A DNA stretch of 50,109 nucleotides from Neoconidiobolus thromboides FSU 785 (taxonomy: Eukaryota; Fungi; Entomophthoromycota). Every line of letters begins with the position of its first letter. Position 1 is the stretch's first letter. Positions 1 to 12,720 of the stretch are shown piece by piece. The stretch is taken from positions 1 through 50,109 of the forward strand of contig MU626401.1 in the NCBI GenBank assembly GCA_025603075.1, in the 5' to 3' direction. Under the pieces are notes generated by a model that saw only the letters and a program-made list of their open reading frames with translations, ran no database searches and was not told the origin of the DNA. The position numbers and the translations under genes were made by a program.

Positions 1-205
1 AACTAACTTACAGTATGAGCTATAATAGAATGATTTAGAACTGTGTTTGGGTGCTTTTGTTTTAATAAAAGATGTGATTTTATAGAATTTTAAGCGAAGT
101 TTTTAAAATACAAAATTTTTTAAAAATTGGATAAAATAATGAAACTAATTCAGACAACTTCATTTGTTTATCTAAGTCTAAAAAATGATCATTGATTCCA
201 ATTAA

Positions 206-287
206 CGACACCCACAGGATTCGAACCTGCGCTCCCAAAGGGAAAAGCCTTAGCAGGGCTCCGCGTTAACCACTCCGCCAAGGTGCC
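206..287 (-). tRNA. tRNA-Ser(GCT), copy 1
   Basis: Reverse complement GGCACCTTGGCGGAGTGGTTAACGCG-GAGCC-CTGCTAA-GGCTT-long variable arm-GCAGG-TTCGAAT-CCTGT-GGGTGTCG. It folds as a cloverleaf with anticodon GCT, discriminator G and no intron. Confidence 0.97.
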
Positions 288-787
288 TTGATTTTAGCGT
301 CTCAAAATATTATATATTTACCAACAAAACTTAAAATTTAGCAAATATGTTTAAAACTTAACACTATATTTACACTATTGTTTTATTCTATCTCTTGATA
401 TTTTAAAAGGCTAATTTTTTAACCATCTAAGTACTGTAGACACAATTCTTGCCAAATCTTTATGGATTAAATTACATAAGCACTGTTTCCATAGGCTTGC
501 AGAGTTTAAATAAATTAACCCTTTGATTATTATTCTAAAAAACTGGCCCGATTGCTATAAAAATTAAGTTCATTCATTTAATATAAAACTATATTGCATA
601 ATAAATATTTTTTAATGATAATAGAAATAAAATCCGATAGAAATGTTCAATTACAATCGTAACACTAGATTAAAATTATTGTAAAGGAATAGAGAAAGTT
701 TATTGGAATTAAATTTAAATAATTAGATGCCAATTGCTCAACCAAGTAAAATATATATATTTTTTATTATAACTTCAAGTATCATAA

Positions 788-869
788 GACAGTTTGTCCG
801 AGTGGTTAAGGAGTCAGACTTGAAATCTGATGGGGTTTCCCCGCACAGGTTCAAATCCTGTAGCTGTCG
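788..869 (+). tRNA. tRNA-Ser(TGA)
   Basis: GACAGTT/AGCTGTC acceptor stem, TCAGA-CTTGAAA-TCTGA anticodon arm, long variable arm, TTCAAAT T-loop, and a poly-T run shortly downstream. Divergent from the GCT copy. Confidence 0.97.
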
Positions 870-1046
870 TACTTAATTCAAGATTTTTTTTTATAAAAAT
901 AAGATTAAAGTACATACAAATATTTAAAATAGTCTTTAATTTTTAAGGTATATAGTTACTTAAAATTTAATTGTAGCTATAATGGAAATAGTTTAACACT
1001 TGTGTATTTTTTTAATTATTTTGTTATTAACATCAGTAACTATAAT

Positions 1047-1149
1047 AAATGGGGATGTATTTTTTTGTTTAAGAATTTTATTAACAATCTTTCTGTTCAA
1101 ATAGAGCTTAAAAAGTGGAAAAGTAATAAAACCAAAAACATCCCTAAAT
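1047..1149 (-). mobile_element. ~97-bp GGGG/CCCC MITE, copy 1 (coordinates include TSDs)
   Basis: AAAT-GGGGATGTATTTTT...AAAAACATCCCT-AAAT. The interior matches the family in reverse orientation and the AAAT direct repeat is intact. Confidence 0.88.
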
Positions 1150-4100
1150 GATAATGTATTACTAAGTTTACTGTTTTGACCCATAGCAATGGTTACATTT
1201 TTATAGTGATATTTAAACTAATGTCAAATGGAGCTTAAGCTATATAAGTATCCTTTTATAAAATGGTTTTTATTAACACCCTAAAGGTTAAACTTTTATG
1301 AAAATAATGACTTAAAACGTATTAAGAGCATCTATGATTTTAATAATAACTACACTTGCAAGGGGAGAAAGAAAACAATCAAACAAAACAAGTCAGGTTG
1401 TAAGATCAATTATTCGATTTAGTATTGTAAATATAAGTTTTGTAGATAAAACAACCAATCCTTAATTACCTATTTACCAAAAATGTTTGGATTAAAATAA
1501 AAGTAAAAAATTAATCTAAATGTAGAAAAAATCAAAAGATTATTTAAACTTAAACAATATGATACATCGTTGATAGAAATAAGGGGAGTCTAGCTTTTAA
1601 TAAGTACTTTGTGGAAGTTTCTATCAAATATGGAAAAAACTTCAATAGTATTTTTTTATGCTAACATTAATATATAGAAATATTCTCCAATATTAATTTA
1701 AGTGACTGCTTATAAAACTTTAAACTTGATATGAATTTAGATAATAGTATTAAAGTAATGACAAAATATGGGCTAAGCGATATTATAAAACCTTCTTTTT
1801 CACATAAATATCATAAGCCATGGAAGAGGCTTTCACTTAGGAAATTTTAGAATGATATAGGTTTTCCGCTCTGAGATAAGGATAGACTCACAGTTTTGGC
1901 AAAAAGGAATAGTAGTTAAAGGTTTCAATTTCTAGGGGATCCTTATTTTTAGTTTGTTTTAATAATATTTTTTTATGGTCAAAATAGTTTTGATTCAAAT
2001 AAATAGCTTATACATTAACTCCTTAATATCTAGTAATAGCGAGTTAACCAAATAAGTATCTATCATTGTACTTATTAATAAAATCTTATATTTAACTATT
2101 TATTATACCTTAATGCAGCTCGTACAGTACTACTAATTTGTACTATTATGATACTTGTTCCTTATTTGTCAAGCTATAAATAACTTATATACACTTAAAG
2201 TAACTGTTAGGCAAGCTATTAGGTTTATGCTATACCCCTCTTAATATTTATTAAATATATATATAGTAATTATAAGGTTCATTACAAAACAACAAATACT
2301 TATTCTATAATCTGTTTTAGATTTGTGGTAAAGGCGTCTCTGTTTATTATGAGCTTATTATAATATAGGCTTAAGAAATGAAAATATACTAAACGAAATA
2401 TTACATTTTGAATCCAGGTAGTCAATAAACTAAATAATAAGTAGCAAATAATATTTAATCTTATTATAAATCAATACAAAGCATAGGAGTGGTTTACAAA
2501 TGGGCATATACTATAATACTCAAATTAAATAAGGATAGAACGTTAAAAATAGTACATTTATAGCTTAAGTTAGCACATATCTGGTTGATAAAAATTATGA
2601 TGTGGATGGTTCTAAAACTTTAGTAATGCTACATGGTTCTTTGAATACTATTTTGAAACTATTAATCTCTTATAAAGGATCTTTCCTTTTATAATATTAA
2701 AAATTTATTAATAGTTAATGTTTTAATTTTAATAAGACCTTAGTTTTATATGAAATAGTTTATTGTACTAAATTTAGGAGTTTCTTCTTGAATGTAGGTT
2801 TTTGCATCTTATTTACATTGTAAAATACTAATTTACAAATATCACAATAAACTAAATATATGGTTTATTGTAGCAAAATATTTGAATTTTGTATTTCCAA
2901 GGATTTTGGTAAATTGATATTATAATGTCTTTGTCCCCTTAAGTAGCTTAAAGGTTAAAGTGTTATTTTTCAAATCTCCGAACAAAGACATACCTATCTA
3001 ACTATTTGAGTGACAAGCGTTCAGCTCAATACTCATTTTAAAAACCTGATTACAAACTCACAAAATACCTCATTTAGTAATAAAATTAAATTGGTAATAA
3101 TTAAAAAACATATATAAAATGAAGTGTATTTTAATTTGACATGACTTAATTTAACTTTTCTAAAATTTTAAATACACTTAAAACGATAAAAGAACCATAA
3201 AATTTGATGAATTCTTGTAAAAGTTCGTATTTAATTACATATTGTTTATGTTCATAATTATACATAATTATAGTTTGAAACAATTTAAACATAGAAAAAA
3301 GGATCTCGGGATCTAAACATAAAAAGTAATTCCCTCGCTATGATAGTTTCATTTATAACTTATAAGCTATTAACATACGTAGTTTAAGGTTAAACAAGTT
3401 TAAACTTTAAATTCTAGATATTATAAAGTAAAACTAATAAAACTAATTAAAACTACATGATGTATAATAGGGGTGGCGGAACTAATATGTACTTTATTAA
3501 AATTCTTACTCTAAATATGACTAGAAGCTTGTTGATAAAGTGCAAAATAATAAAAATAAAATAAACTTCAATAAATTAAGCAAAATTAACCCCTTAAAAT
3601 TTAACTTTTTATGCTAATTCAAAGAGTTAAACAAAAAAGCCACCCTAGATTTCGATCAGCAAAGTTAAAAAGCATATAAAAAATAAATAGTAACAATTAA
3701 ATATTTATAGTAATAAAAACCATTTTTAGTATATCAACTAAATTACGTTTTTATTTCATAATTTTTTATAAACATATCAAAGTTCCAATTTAAAAGTCGA
3801 TCTTTTATAGCTATTAGAGCTTAATTATATAATAATTATTTATTTTAACTTAAATTCAACGTTGATATCTAAAATTTCCACATTAATGTTTGAGCCTTAA
3901 AGCTAGTGTTTAATCTAGCTTCTTTTATTATAATTCTATTTACTTTATAAGCCATTAATACTTAAGTTAGTTGAAAAAGCGAATAAAGTGAAATATCAAT
4001 GAAATAGTTCATATTTAACTGTTTTGATTTATATTTCTTAAAATAAAGTCATCTTCATAATTTTCACTCAATCTTAATTTTATCAAAGGAAATTTAACTT

Positions 4101-5193
4101 AAATTGGCAATATCCTTCTTTTTATAGTAAGCCTTTACTTTTGTTAAACACTTTAATAGCTATTATGTCTTATTATTAAAACTTGTGATCGGGTAATCCA
4201 ATGCTGGGTGTACTAAACTATAATACTAATTGAACAATAATAGAATGTGAAGTATTATAAACGGCTTTAAAATCATAAAAATGTTTAAGAGTTTATTTAA
4301 TAAAGAAATGTCTATCAAAAAAATAGCTGTCTATACCTCTAAGCTTCTAAAAGTTATAATTATATTAAAAGCTACCAAAACTATCATTAGAGTGACCAAA
4401 GGGTTATCCAGTGTTTCTAATAAGGATTTTTACTTAAAGCTTTTATAGTGATCAGAATAGATAATTATATTAAATGACTTACAAATCACTCAAAAAGTTT
4501 CTTAATAAAGTAAATATTAAATTATAAAGTTTTTGTTTTTTTAGATTGTTTGGAATTAATTTACCTTTTATAGCAAACTAACTTAATTTTGCTAGTTTAT
4601 ACTTCGATAGTTAATTTATTTTACACATAAAGTATGCAATATTTTAGACTTAAAAAGTCTTTATTTCTTCTTTCATACAAGAAAAAATCAATTCCACCTT
4701 TCTTTCTATAAAATATTTTTGACTAAATAAATGTAAGCTCTTCCAATTTTAATTTTTTAAAAATACATACATCTCTTCTACACAAAAGCAATGTAATTTT
4801 TGATCCATAAACTTCACCACAGATCTTACAATTTTTAAAAATAACTGCTATTTCGTTTTGTTTTTATGCTGATAAACACTACAAATTTTGTGATTTAGGC
4901 CATATTTTAAAAAAAATTGGGTTTTTTTGAATACAGGCGAAAGACAGGATTTTTATAATGGTTTTGAAAAATAGAAATAATCCACTTAAAGGACTTTTTA
5001 ATTAATTTATAAATTTTAATAGTTTAAATTATTAAATGATAACAAAAATATACTTTTTTAATATTTTTAATATTTTGTTTTATAAATCTATTATATAATC
5101 CAGATAAGTTATTTGAATAGTTTTCAGTCTTTTAGGTTTTTAATTTTGGAATTATAGTTGTTTGTAAAGCTTTATAAAAAGCCCATTTTATTT

Positions 5194-5297
5194 ATATGGG
5201 GGTGTTTTTTTGATTTCATCGCTTTTTCCATTTTTTAAGCGCTATTGAGTAGAATAGCTGTTAGTAAAATTTCTAAACAAAAAACACATCCTTACAT
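5194..5297 (+). mobile_element. MITE copy 2
   Basis: ATAT-GGGGGTGTTTTT...TTTTTCCATTTTTTAAGCGCTATTGAGTAGAA...AAAACACATCCTT-ACAT. Confidence 0.85.
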
Positions 5298-5450
5298 CTA
5301 GTTTGATAAATGTATTCTAGTAGTTGAATGAAAAATAGTTTATTTTAGCATTCAATCAGCACTTTTAGATTTCTTGTTGCATAAAAAATTGATAACATTA
5401 TTAAATGATTATGTAATTTTTGTTTTAAAATAAAAACATTTATTTATAGC

Positions 5451-5553
5451 ATATGGGGCTGTTTTTTTAGTTTCATTATTTTTCCATTTTTTAAGCGCTA
5501 TTTGAGTGAAAAGATTGTAGTAAAATTCTTAAACAAAAAACACATCACCGTAT
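5451..5553 (+). mobile_element. MITE copy 3
   Basis: ATAT-GGGGCTGTTTTT...TTAAGCGCTATTTGAGTGAAAAG...AAAAACACATCACC-GTAT. Confidence 0.85.
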
Positions 5554-8500
5554 TTAGTTATTTATGAATAAAAGCCTGTCCTATACTATCATAATATAAG
5601 TAAAATAATAATCAGGTAACTATAAGACTATCTAGTTTTAGAATATCAGCTCCGAAATTTAATGTTATTAATGAAATTAAATTATAGAAATATTATATAA
5701 TTATGCCAAGATTATTGATATTGGTTTTTTAACTTTAAAGTAGAGCCACATGTCGTTTATTTTACTTCCCTGATTATCGCTTTACTATAACTGTAATATC
5801 AATAGTGCTGTAAAAATTAGGATTGTTGTGTACCATTTTAAAAAGTACTAAATTAATAAAAAGAGGATAAAAATATTGACACACTTTGATACCAAATGTG
5901 CTAAGTTAAATACTAGCTTAAAATAAAGAGAAATTCACAATTTTATGAAAGTAGGAGTAAACAATAAACTATACTAGGGTAATAGTGGCTTTCAAGCTTC
6001 TTGTATAATCTTATTTGAAGTTGGCTACATGGAGCAAGTTAGAAGTTTTAGTGCTTAAATTTACATATTTAGCATCATCCTTAATGAGACTTAGAAAACA
6101 AAATAAAATAAAATAAAATATCAGTACCATCTAACTGAAAATGGTGTATTATAAAGACAGGAAATACACAAAATACCAGTTTAAATTTGTCAATAAACTA
6201 AGCTGTAGGGTAATAAAAAACGTTTCAGCTTAATGACTTTATTTTTACTACTATTTAATTAGCGAACCTTATTAAGCACCCAAAGAAAATTATAAAATGA
6301 AGCGGATCTTTGATTGATTGAGCGAAAAAAACCGATTTATAGTAAAAGTGACGATTGATATAGCTATTAGGCCGAGGACAGACCATGCAAACCAAAAAGG
6401 CTGTTATTTAAATTAAGCTAGAATTTGGGCTTAAATTTACTCTAGCCAATTATTGTTGAGTATTGTGTAATTTTGTGTTATTAAAATATAAATACCCAGC
6501 AATTATAATTTATAAAGATAAGAAGCGGATTTCTTAAAGCACCCAAACAGAAGTTTGAAAAAAATTTAAAGTGGATTGCGTTATTAACCAAATAAAGCAA
6601 ATAACTTAAACTTAATTTAAAAATAATTAAAATAATTGTTTAAGGTACAGATATATAGGTTTGCTATTATTATTTTTTATTAGATCAAAATGAGCTTTAA
6701 ATAGTATTTATAAGCATTAAGACAGTGATTTTATAGCGAATATATATTAAGTATAAACCTTGTTTTAATTATACAGATCACTAGGTTTGATAATTCATTT
6801 AAAAATTTAATGGTTGTCATTATTTTAAGGTTCATTTATTTGGCTGTTAGTATATTTACGAATTTTGGGTATGCTACTATACTTTGTTATTTTTTATATT
6901 ATTGTAAAATACATATTTAGCGATAGTAAAACTCAATAGCTATAATATATGAAGTTTTGGACTTGAATACTTTTGGTAACTAAAAATAAAAAATAAAATA
7001 TAAACAAGATAGTATAAAAACCTAAAGGTAAAAGTCATATAAAAAGAACAAGGCGTGTAATGTCTAAAACAATAGGGTATAAAGGAATAGTGAACGGTGA
7101 CCTAAGGGACCTGTAAAACTAAGGGGAGAAAATGAATCAGAACCCAATTGTTTCAATCTACAGATCAAAGGAGGTATAGGGAAGCAATGTTTGATCCTTT
7201 AAGACGTTTTTTTGGGGAAAATAAAGCAAAGGGATATTCTTTATTAATTAAGACACATTATTTTTTAAGAAAAAATTGTTTGGGCTATTGTTTGAATTTG
7301 AACAGATAAGCCAAGATTCAAAATAGAAAACTATAAAAATGATCAATCACCTTACTTTTAGACTATTTTTAAAACCTATACAAAGCTTATTAAATTTTTG
7401 AAATTAATGTAGCTAATTCTGTGAGGTTTACACTTTAAAAAGTCAGCTAAACAATTCCGATTTAGACTTATGTTTATTTATAAAGTACTACATGATGGCA
7501 ATAAATAAACCAAAATCTGTATCAGAATAAAAAACATTGTGTCTATTATTTCTTTATATAAACCATTATCCGACTTTACTTCAAAAACCAATCTAAACTT
7601 AGTTTTTATTCTCTTCGCAAAATTAGGAGTGTTTTTTTGCCTTTTTTTAAGATAGAATCAACAACCCTCTTTTTTTTAAAACTATAGATAGATACTTAGA
7701 TTATATAAATACCGTTTTGAAAAATACATATGATGCTATTCTATTCCATGTATTTATATATTATAGTAAGTTAAACTATCTAACATTCTTTTTTTAATCA
7801 TTATATAATAACCTTTAAACTTATTAAAGAATAAAGAACAAAAAATAGTCCCCAATGACTGTTAAAACAAATAGGAAATAAAAAAGTTGAACAATGTTTA
7901 TAACAGTAATAATAAATAATAATGCTAAAACAATACAACGAAATCAAGCTACAAAAATCAAAGGGAATAACTATATATTAAAAATCAAGTTAGAGAATAT
8001 ATTAAATAATCATTTTCTAAAAATAAAGTTATACTTTGGTAATCAGTCTTACGTATCCTAAAGGAAAGCTTATAATCATAAATAAATTATTTTAATATAA
8101 CTTTTGAGCTACCTTATCTTGTAGGCATCAGATGACTTACCTGGTTCATTCAATAAAAACAAAAACATTATTTTAAATACTAAAACAATTCTCGAAAGTT
8201 ACCATGGTTTAGGGTCACTAAAGAATATTATTAAAAAAGTGCCATCTTTTTTATCCAAAGGGTCGATATTGTAGTATAGTAGATAGTATTTATGTTTAGT
8301 AAACATAGTGTTTTTATTTTAAAATAAAAAGGATGATTTAATATTTTAAGAATATACAAAAACAGTTTTTAATCAAATCGTGGTAAAAAAAAGTATTTGC
8401 TAAATATAGTTACAAACATTAAGTGTCAAGTTAGGGTACAAGAAATTGAGCTTTAATAGCAAGACTTAAAATAAGAAATGTATTTTAAAAATAACTTTAC

Positions 8501-11500
8501 AGTTTTTTACAAAAGCACCTCCTTTTTTTTATCTATTGGGAATGACTATAATTTATTTGAAAAAAAAACTGGTCGATTTGATGAATAGAATATTTTATTA
8601 TTAAACTATAAAATTAATACTTTATGGCCTAGAGTCAAGCATGATGAGATATTAAATAACTTTTATTAAGCTACAATTCCTCCTTGTCATTACGTTACCT
8701 GAATCATAACATATAACTAATAATCAATGTGTAGCAATGAGTAGACTCAACTATATTATTCTCCAAATAACTTTGACTGTTTAAATTAGTTAATTTAAAA
8801 AACTCTCCTAAGTATCCGGGATCATTAATGAAAATTCTGAGTTTCTTTTTATTTATTTTTAACTTTTATATATTAAATGTTTGAAAAAGATTTTAAATTT
8901 ATTATTAAATCTGTTAAAGTATCCGAGTATTTTAATTTTAATATTCGAAATTTCTATGGGGTAATTAAATAAATTGCGTATATTATTTCCAAATTAAACT
9001 TTATTGAAATGATCATATTTATTAGATTAAAGCATATAAATTCCCTTAAACAAGCTACAATTGTAATATATTAATGTTATGTAATTGAGTTACTTGACAA
9101 AATTTTAAATACAAAATTGTATAGTTCGATTTAATAAAAATAAATTTAAAAAGCAAATAGCCAAAAAGAGATGGGAGAAATAAATTTCTTTCAAAGTAAT
9201 TCATTTATTTTTAAGTGGTAGCATTTTAATTAAAATTTATTTCAACTATCAAGTGAATTTTTGATTTTGATTTTTAAAAAGAATCGATAGTTAAAATAAA
9301 GTATAAAGTGTTATAAATAAACTTTATTTTATAAAGCAAAAAAAGCTATTTTTGTTAACCCAATTACTACTTTCACTCATTTTTTTACATAAGAATAATT
9401 TGATAGTTAACTGTAAATGATTTAATCTTTTATCAAATATTTTAATTTTATGCGAGTGATTAACCTTACTAATTATTTTTTATTTATATTTTAAGGAAAA
9501 ATAATAAATCTACTAAATAAATTTATTTCTTAAACTACTTGAAGGTAAAAATGAAGTATTGTTTCTAAGTCGAAATTTTAAACTAAGAGGAACTGGGTTA
9601 AAATCAAGTTAAAACTCAATTAATTTTAAAATTTCCCTGATAACAATGTTTTTAATAAGCCCTTTCTAAAATTTTCATTAGGGGTCTAAGGGAAAAAATT
9701 TCCGCTCTATAAAACGAGCTTGCTCGATTTTTTAATTCCGGCTTTTAACTTAATTCGAAGACAAATTTGAAGCTAAATTAGAATTAAAATTAAGTTAAAT
9801 TTGTAGCAAATAACTTCACCGAATTTAAAGCTAGAAAATCAGAAAACCTAAATATCCTCAAACAATGAATAGATGTTAGATAAAAAGGTTAACTATAAGG
9901 ATGGTTAAATTCTTAAAGCATTAAATTAAAACAAAAATGATAAAGTTTTCAAAACTGTAAAATTAGCTACTAAAACATTAACACATGAGAGCAAACTAAT
10001 TTGAGTAATTACCCCTATATTACAGATTGGATTATGCCCATGAAGCTCAATCTTAAAGTTGTAAACTAAATTTTGGATTCCATTAAACTAATATATCCGG
10101 TGTAAATTACTATAATTATTAATTTCATTTCATGTATTTGAATATTTTTAATATTCCACAAGTAAAGAATAAGAAAAAAAAAGAAACAAAGCAAGCTAGC
10201 ATTATTATTTTAGTACAATACAAAAAACAATTTCAATTTAATGTTATTATCTTATATCCCTTATACTAAACATAATCTAAACTGCCGGCTAATACTTAAA
10301 ATTATAGCTTTAAAAAAGCACCCAACAAAACCTATTAGAGATGATAATAGGAATTTTACTATATAAAGAAATAGGACCAAAAATAGTCATCTTAGGCTTT
10401 GTAACAATTTTACACTTTTTTCATTTTCTAATTTTACCTTAATGCCATCATCCCTTTATTGTAATGATTGCATTAATTATTTTAAAGTAAGATAACATCC
10501 GTGTTGTTTTGCCCTAGTCAAACTGAAACCTTCTTATGAATCTCTCGTTTAACCCTTGGCCAAGTCGTTTAACATCTTAACTGTTTATTATTGAGTTTAT
10601 AGTAACTAGAAAAATAAGCTACTAATTTGATAATAATATAATAATTTGATGTGAAATTATTTAAAATACAAAACTCCTTAAAATGAATTTTATTTCCTTG
10701 TTTTATTAATTCGATTATAATATTTTGAGCCTTTCATTTTAGTTCGTCTATCGACTTTTTTACTTTTGAGATTAAACTTAAGTTTTTATGGTGACATTGG
10801 TACGATTTTTAAAATACTTTAAATTGATTAGCTCTTTTTTAAATTTTGGGCTAATCTATTAAATTTTTAATTTTATTATAAATTTTAATAAGAATTTGAA
10901 TTAAAATAAACTTAAAATCGAATAGTTATTTAAAACAAAAGATAATAATTATAATTATTAATTACGCTTCAATTAAATTAATAATACATTATACCAATTA
11001 GAAGCTGCTTGAAATTTTAATTACTGTTAACTTTTGTCACCTATTCGATATCATACTTTAAAATAAATGAGATGTAGGCTAAATTAAGAAGATTTAATTT
11101 TATTATAAAATTACATATTCCAAAGAGATAGCAGTCTAAAGTTGAAGAAGTAGTTGATATAAATAATACAATAAAAGCACCCAACAAAGAAAGTAAAATA
11201 TTATAAATCTTCTTAAAATAAAATATAAACTATCAAATAATTTAGATATAATAAAAGACATAGTCCAGATTTTGACTTATTTTTAAGCATATTATCATAA
11301 ATCAAATTGTTAAAGTTAATCAAAAAGTATTAAAAAAGCGCTTAAATTTACCATTATTGGTCTCGCTAAATAAATTGTTAAACTGAATCGAGCTGTCTGC
11401 TTTTTTTAGCAATTTTGCCTACACCCTTAGTGAGTGACCTATTATTGACTTTTTTATCAAGAGATTTAATATTGAGGGTGGTTTATAAAATTCAAAAACA

Positions 11501-11784
11501 TTGAGCTTAAATTTTTCTTTGGATTGAAATGAGGTAATGAGTTATGCCAAACGGTCTGAGAACTAATTTCTATATTTAAACAGCATCCATAAGTAGTAAT
11601 CACTATTCATTCTAGCTTAATATTACTGGTATCCGAAAATAATCCAAAATCAAAGTGAATTTAAAAAGTATAAATAGTCTATTATTTCTTTCATTTATTT
11701 TAAAAAATTATAAATTCTATCTTCTTTTATAATTTATTTAGTATATATCCTCCGTTTCACTTTATTCTTATAAATTTATAAAAT

Positions 11785-12720
11785 ATGGATTATAATACCT
11801 ACATCCCCAATACTACTATGGATAGCTATCATGCTCCACAACGTAGTACAATAAACTCTTACGAAACTATAACAATCAGTAACTCCCCATCTTCTTGGGT
11901 AGAAGATGGTTTCATAGAATCATCCACCACTTTAAATCATAACATTGCTCCTGTACAAGATGACTTCAATCATTATTATGAGATGGACGCATATCATAAT
12001 CATCCAGCAACAAGCTCGTTTGAAATGAATAGCTATCAAGCTTACGATAATACCAACAATAATTTATACTATAATAGTCATCCTGCTAGTATGGTACCCA
12101 TGTATTATAATAATAACGCTCAAGTATCTTATCCTTTGGAGATGTCTTATGTACCTGTAATGACTAGTACAAGTACAAGTAATAACGAAAATATAATGAG
12201 TTCAACAATGACTAGTTATCCTATGAATAGTACTATATCGAGCGAAAATAATACGTATTATAATAATAACATGCCATTAATCTTTAATCATGACTTAAGA
12301 GGAAGAGCCGAAAATTGGAATCACGAAGAAACAAATACGTTTATACAAATTTTATTACAAAATAGCCATCAATTTCAAAACATTAGAAGGTATCCAGGTT
12401 TATGGACAGTCATTAAACAGAGCATGGAGAGTAAAGGATACAAGCGAAGCATAGAAAAATGTAAAAATAGATGGAAGGTATTAGTAGCCAAATATAAAAA
12501 ATGTCATTTAGAAATGGTAAAATCAACTCATCGTAAAAATTCAACACCTAGCTTTGAGTTCTTTTATCCTATCCAACAGTTACTATATCCTAACTATTCT
12601 TTCTCTCAAGAAGGTATTCAAAGAAAATTTAAAACAACCCCAAAACCAAAAATTCAATCTCAAAGAGAAAACAAAAGCATGGCCACTTATCTCTTCCCTT
12701 ACGCTACTTCAAAACCTTAA
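11785..12720 (+). CDS. Myb/SANT-like (trihelix GT-1-like) DNA-binding protein with an N/Y/S/M-rich low-complexity N-terminus
   Basis: 311-aa ORF. The C-terminal W-x-x-E-E-T...W-x-x-I...M-x-x-x-G-Y-x-R-S-x-x-x-C-K-N-R-W-x-x-L-x-x-x-Y-K pattern is typical of Myb/SANT-like trihelix domains. Confidence 0.85.
   Translation: MDYNTYIPNTTMDSYHAPQRSTINSYETITISNSPSSWVEDGFIESSTTLNHNIAPVQDDFNHYYEMDAYHNHPATSSFEMNSYQAYDNTNNNLYYNSHPASMVPMYYNNNAQVSYPLEMSYVPVMTSTSTSNNENIMSSTMTSYPMNSTISSENNTYYNNNMPLIFNHDLRGRAENWNHEETNTFIQILLQNSHQFQNIRRYPGLWTVIKQSMESKGYKRSIEKCKNRWKVLVAKYKKCHLEMVKSTHRKNSTPSFEFFYPIQQLLYPNYSFSQEGIQRKFKTTPKPKIQSQRENKSMATYLFPYATSKP

Noticed and set aside
993-1184. 63-aa ORF, and likewise 17173-17400 and 19028-19249
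   Set aside because: They are open only because they traverse MITE copies, and they have no independent protein features.
4270-4420. Minus-strand PFGHSN...IFLIDI resembling RT motifs (MPFGL/YLDD)
   Set aside because: Key catalytic residues are absent and the frames are inconsistent, so it is not supportable by eye.
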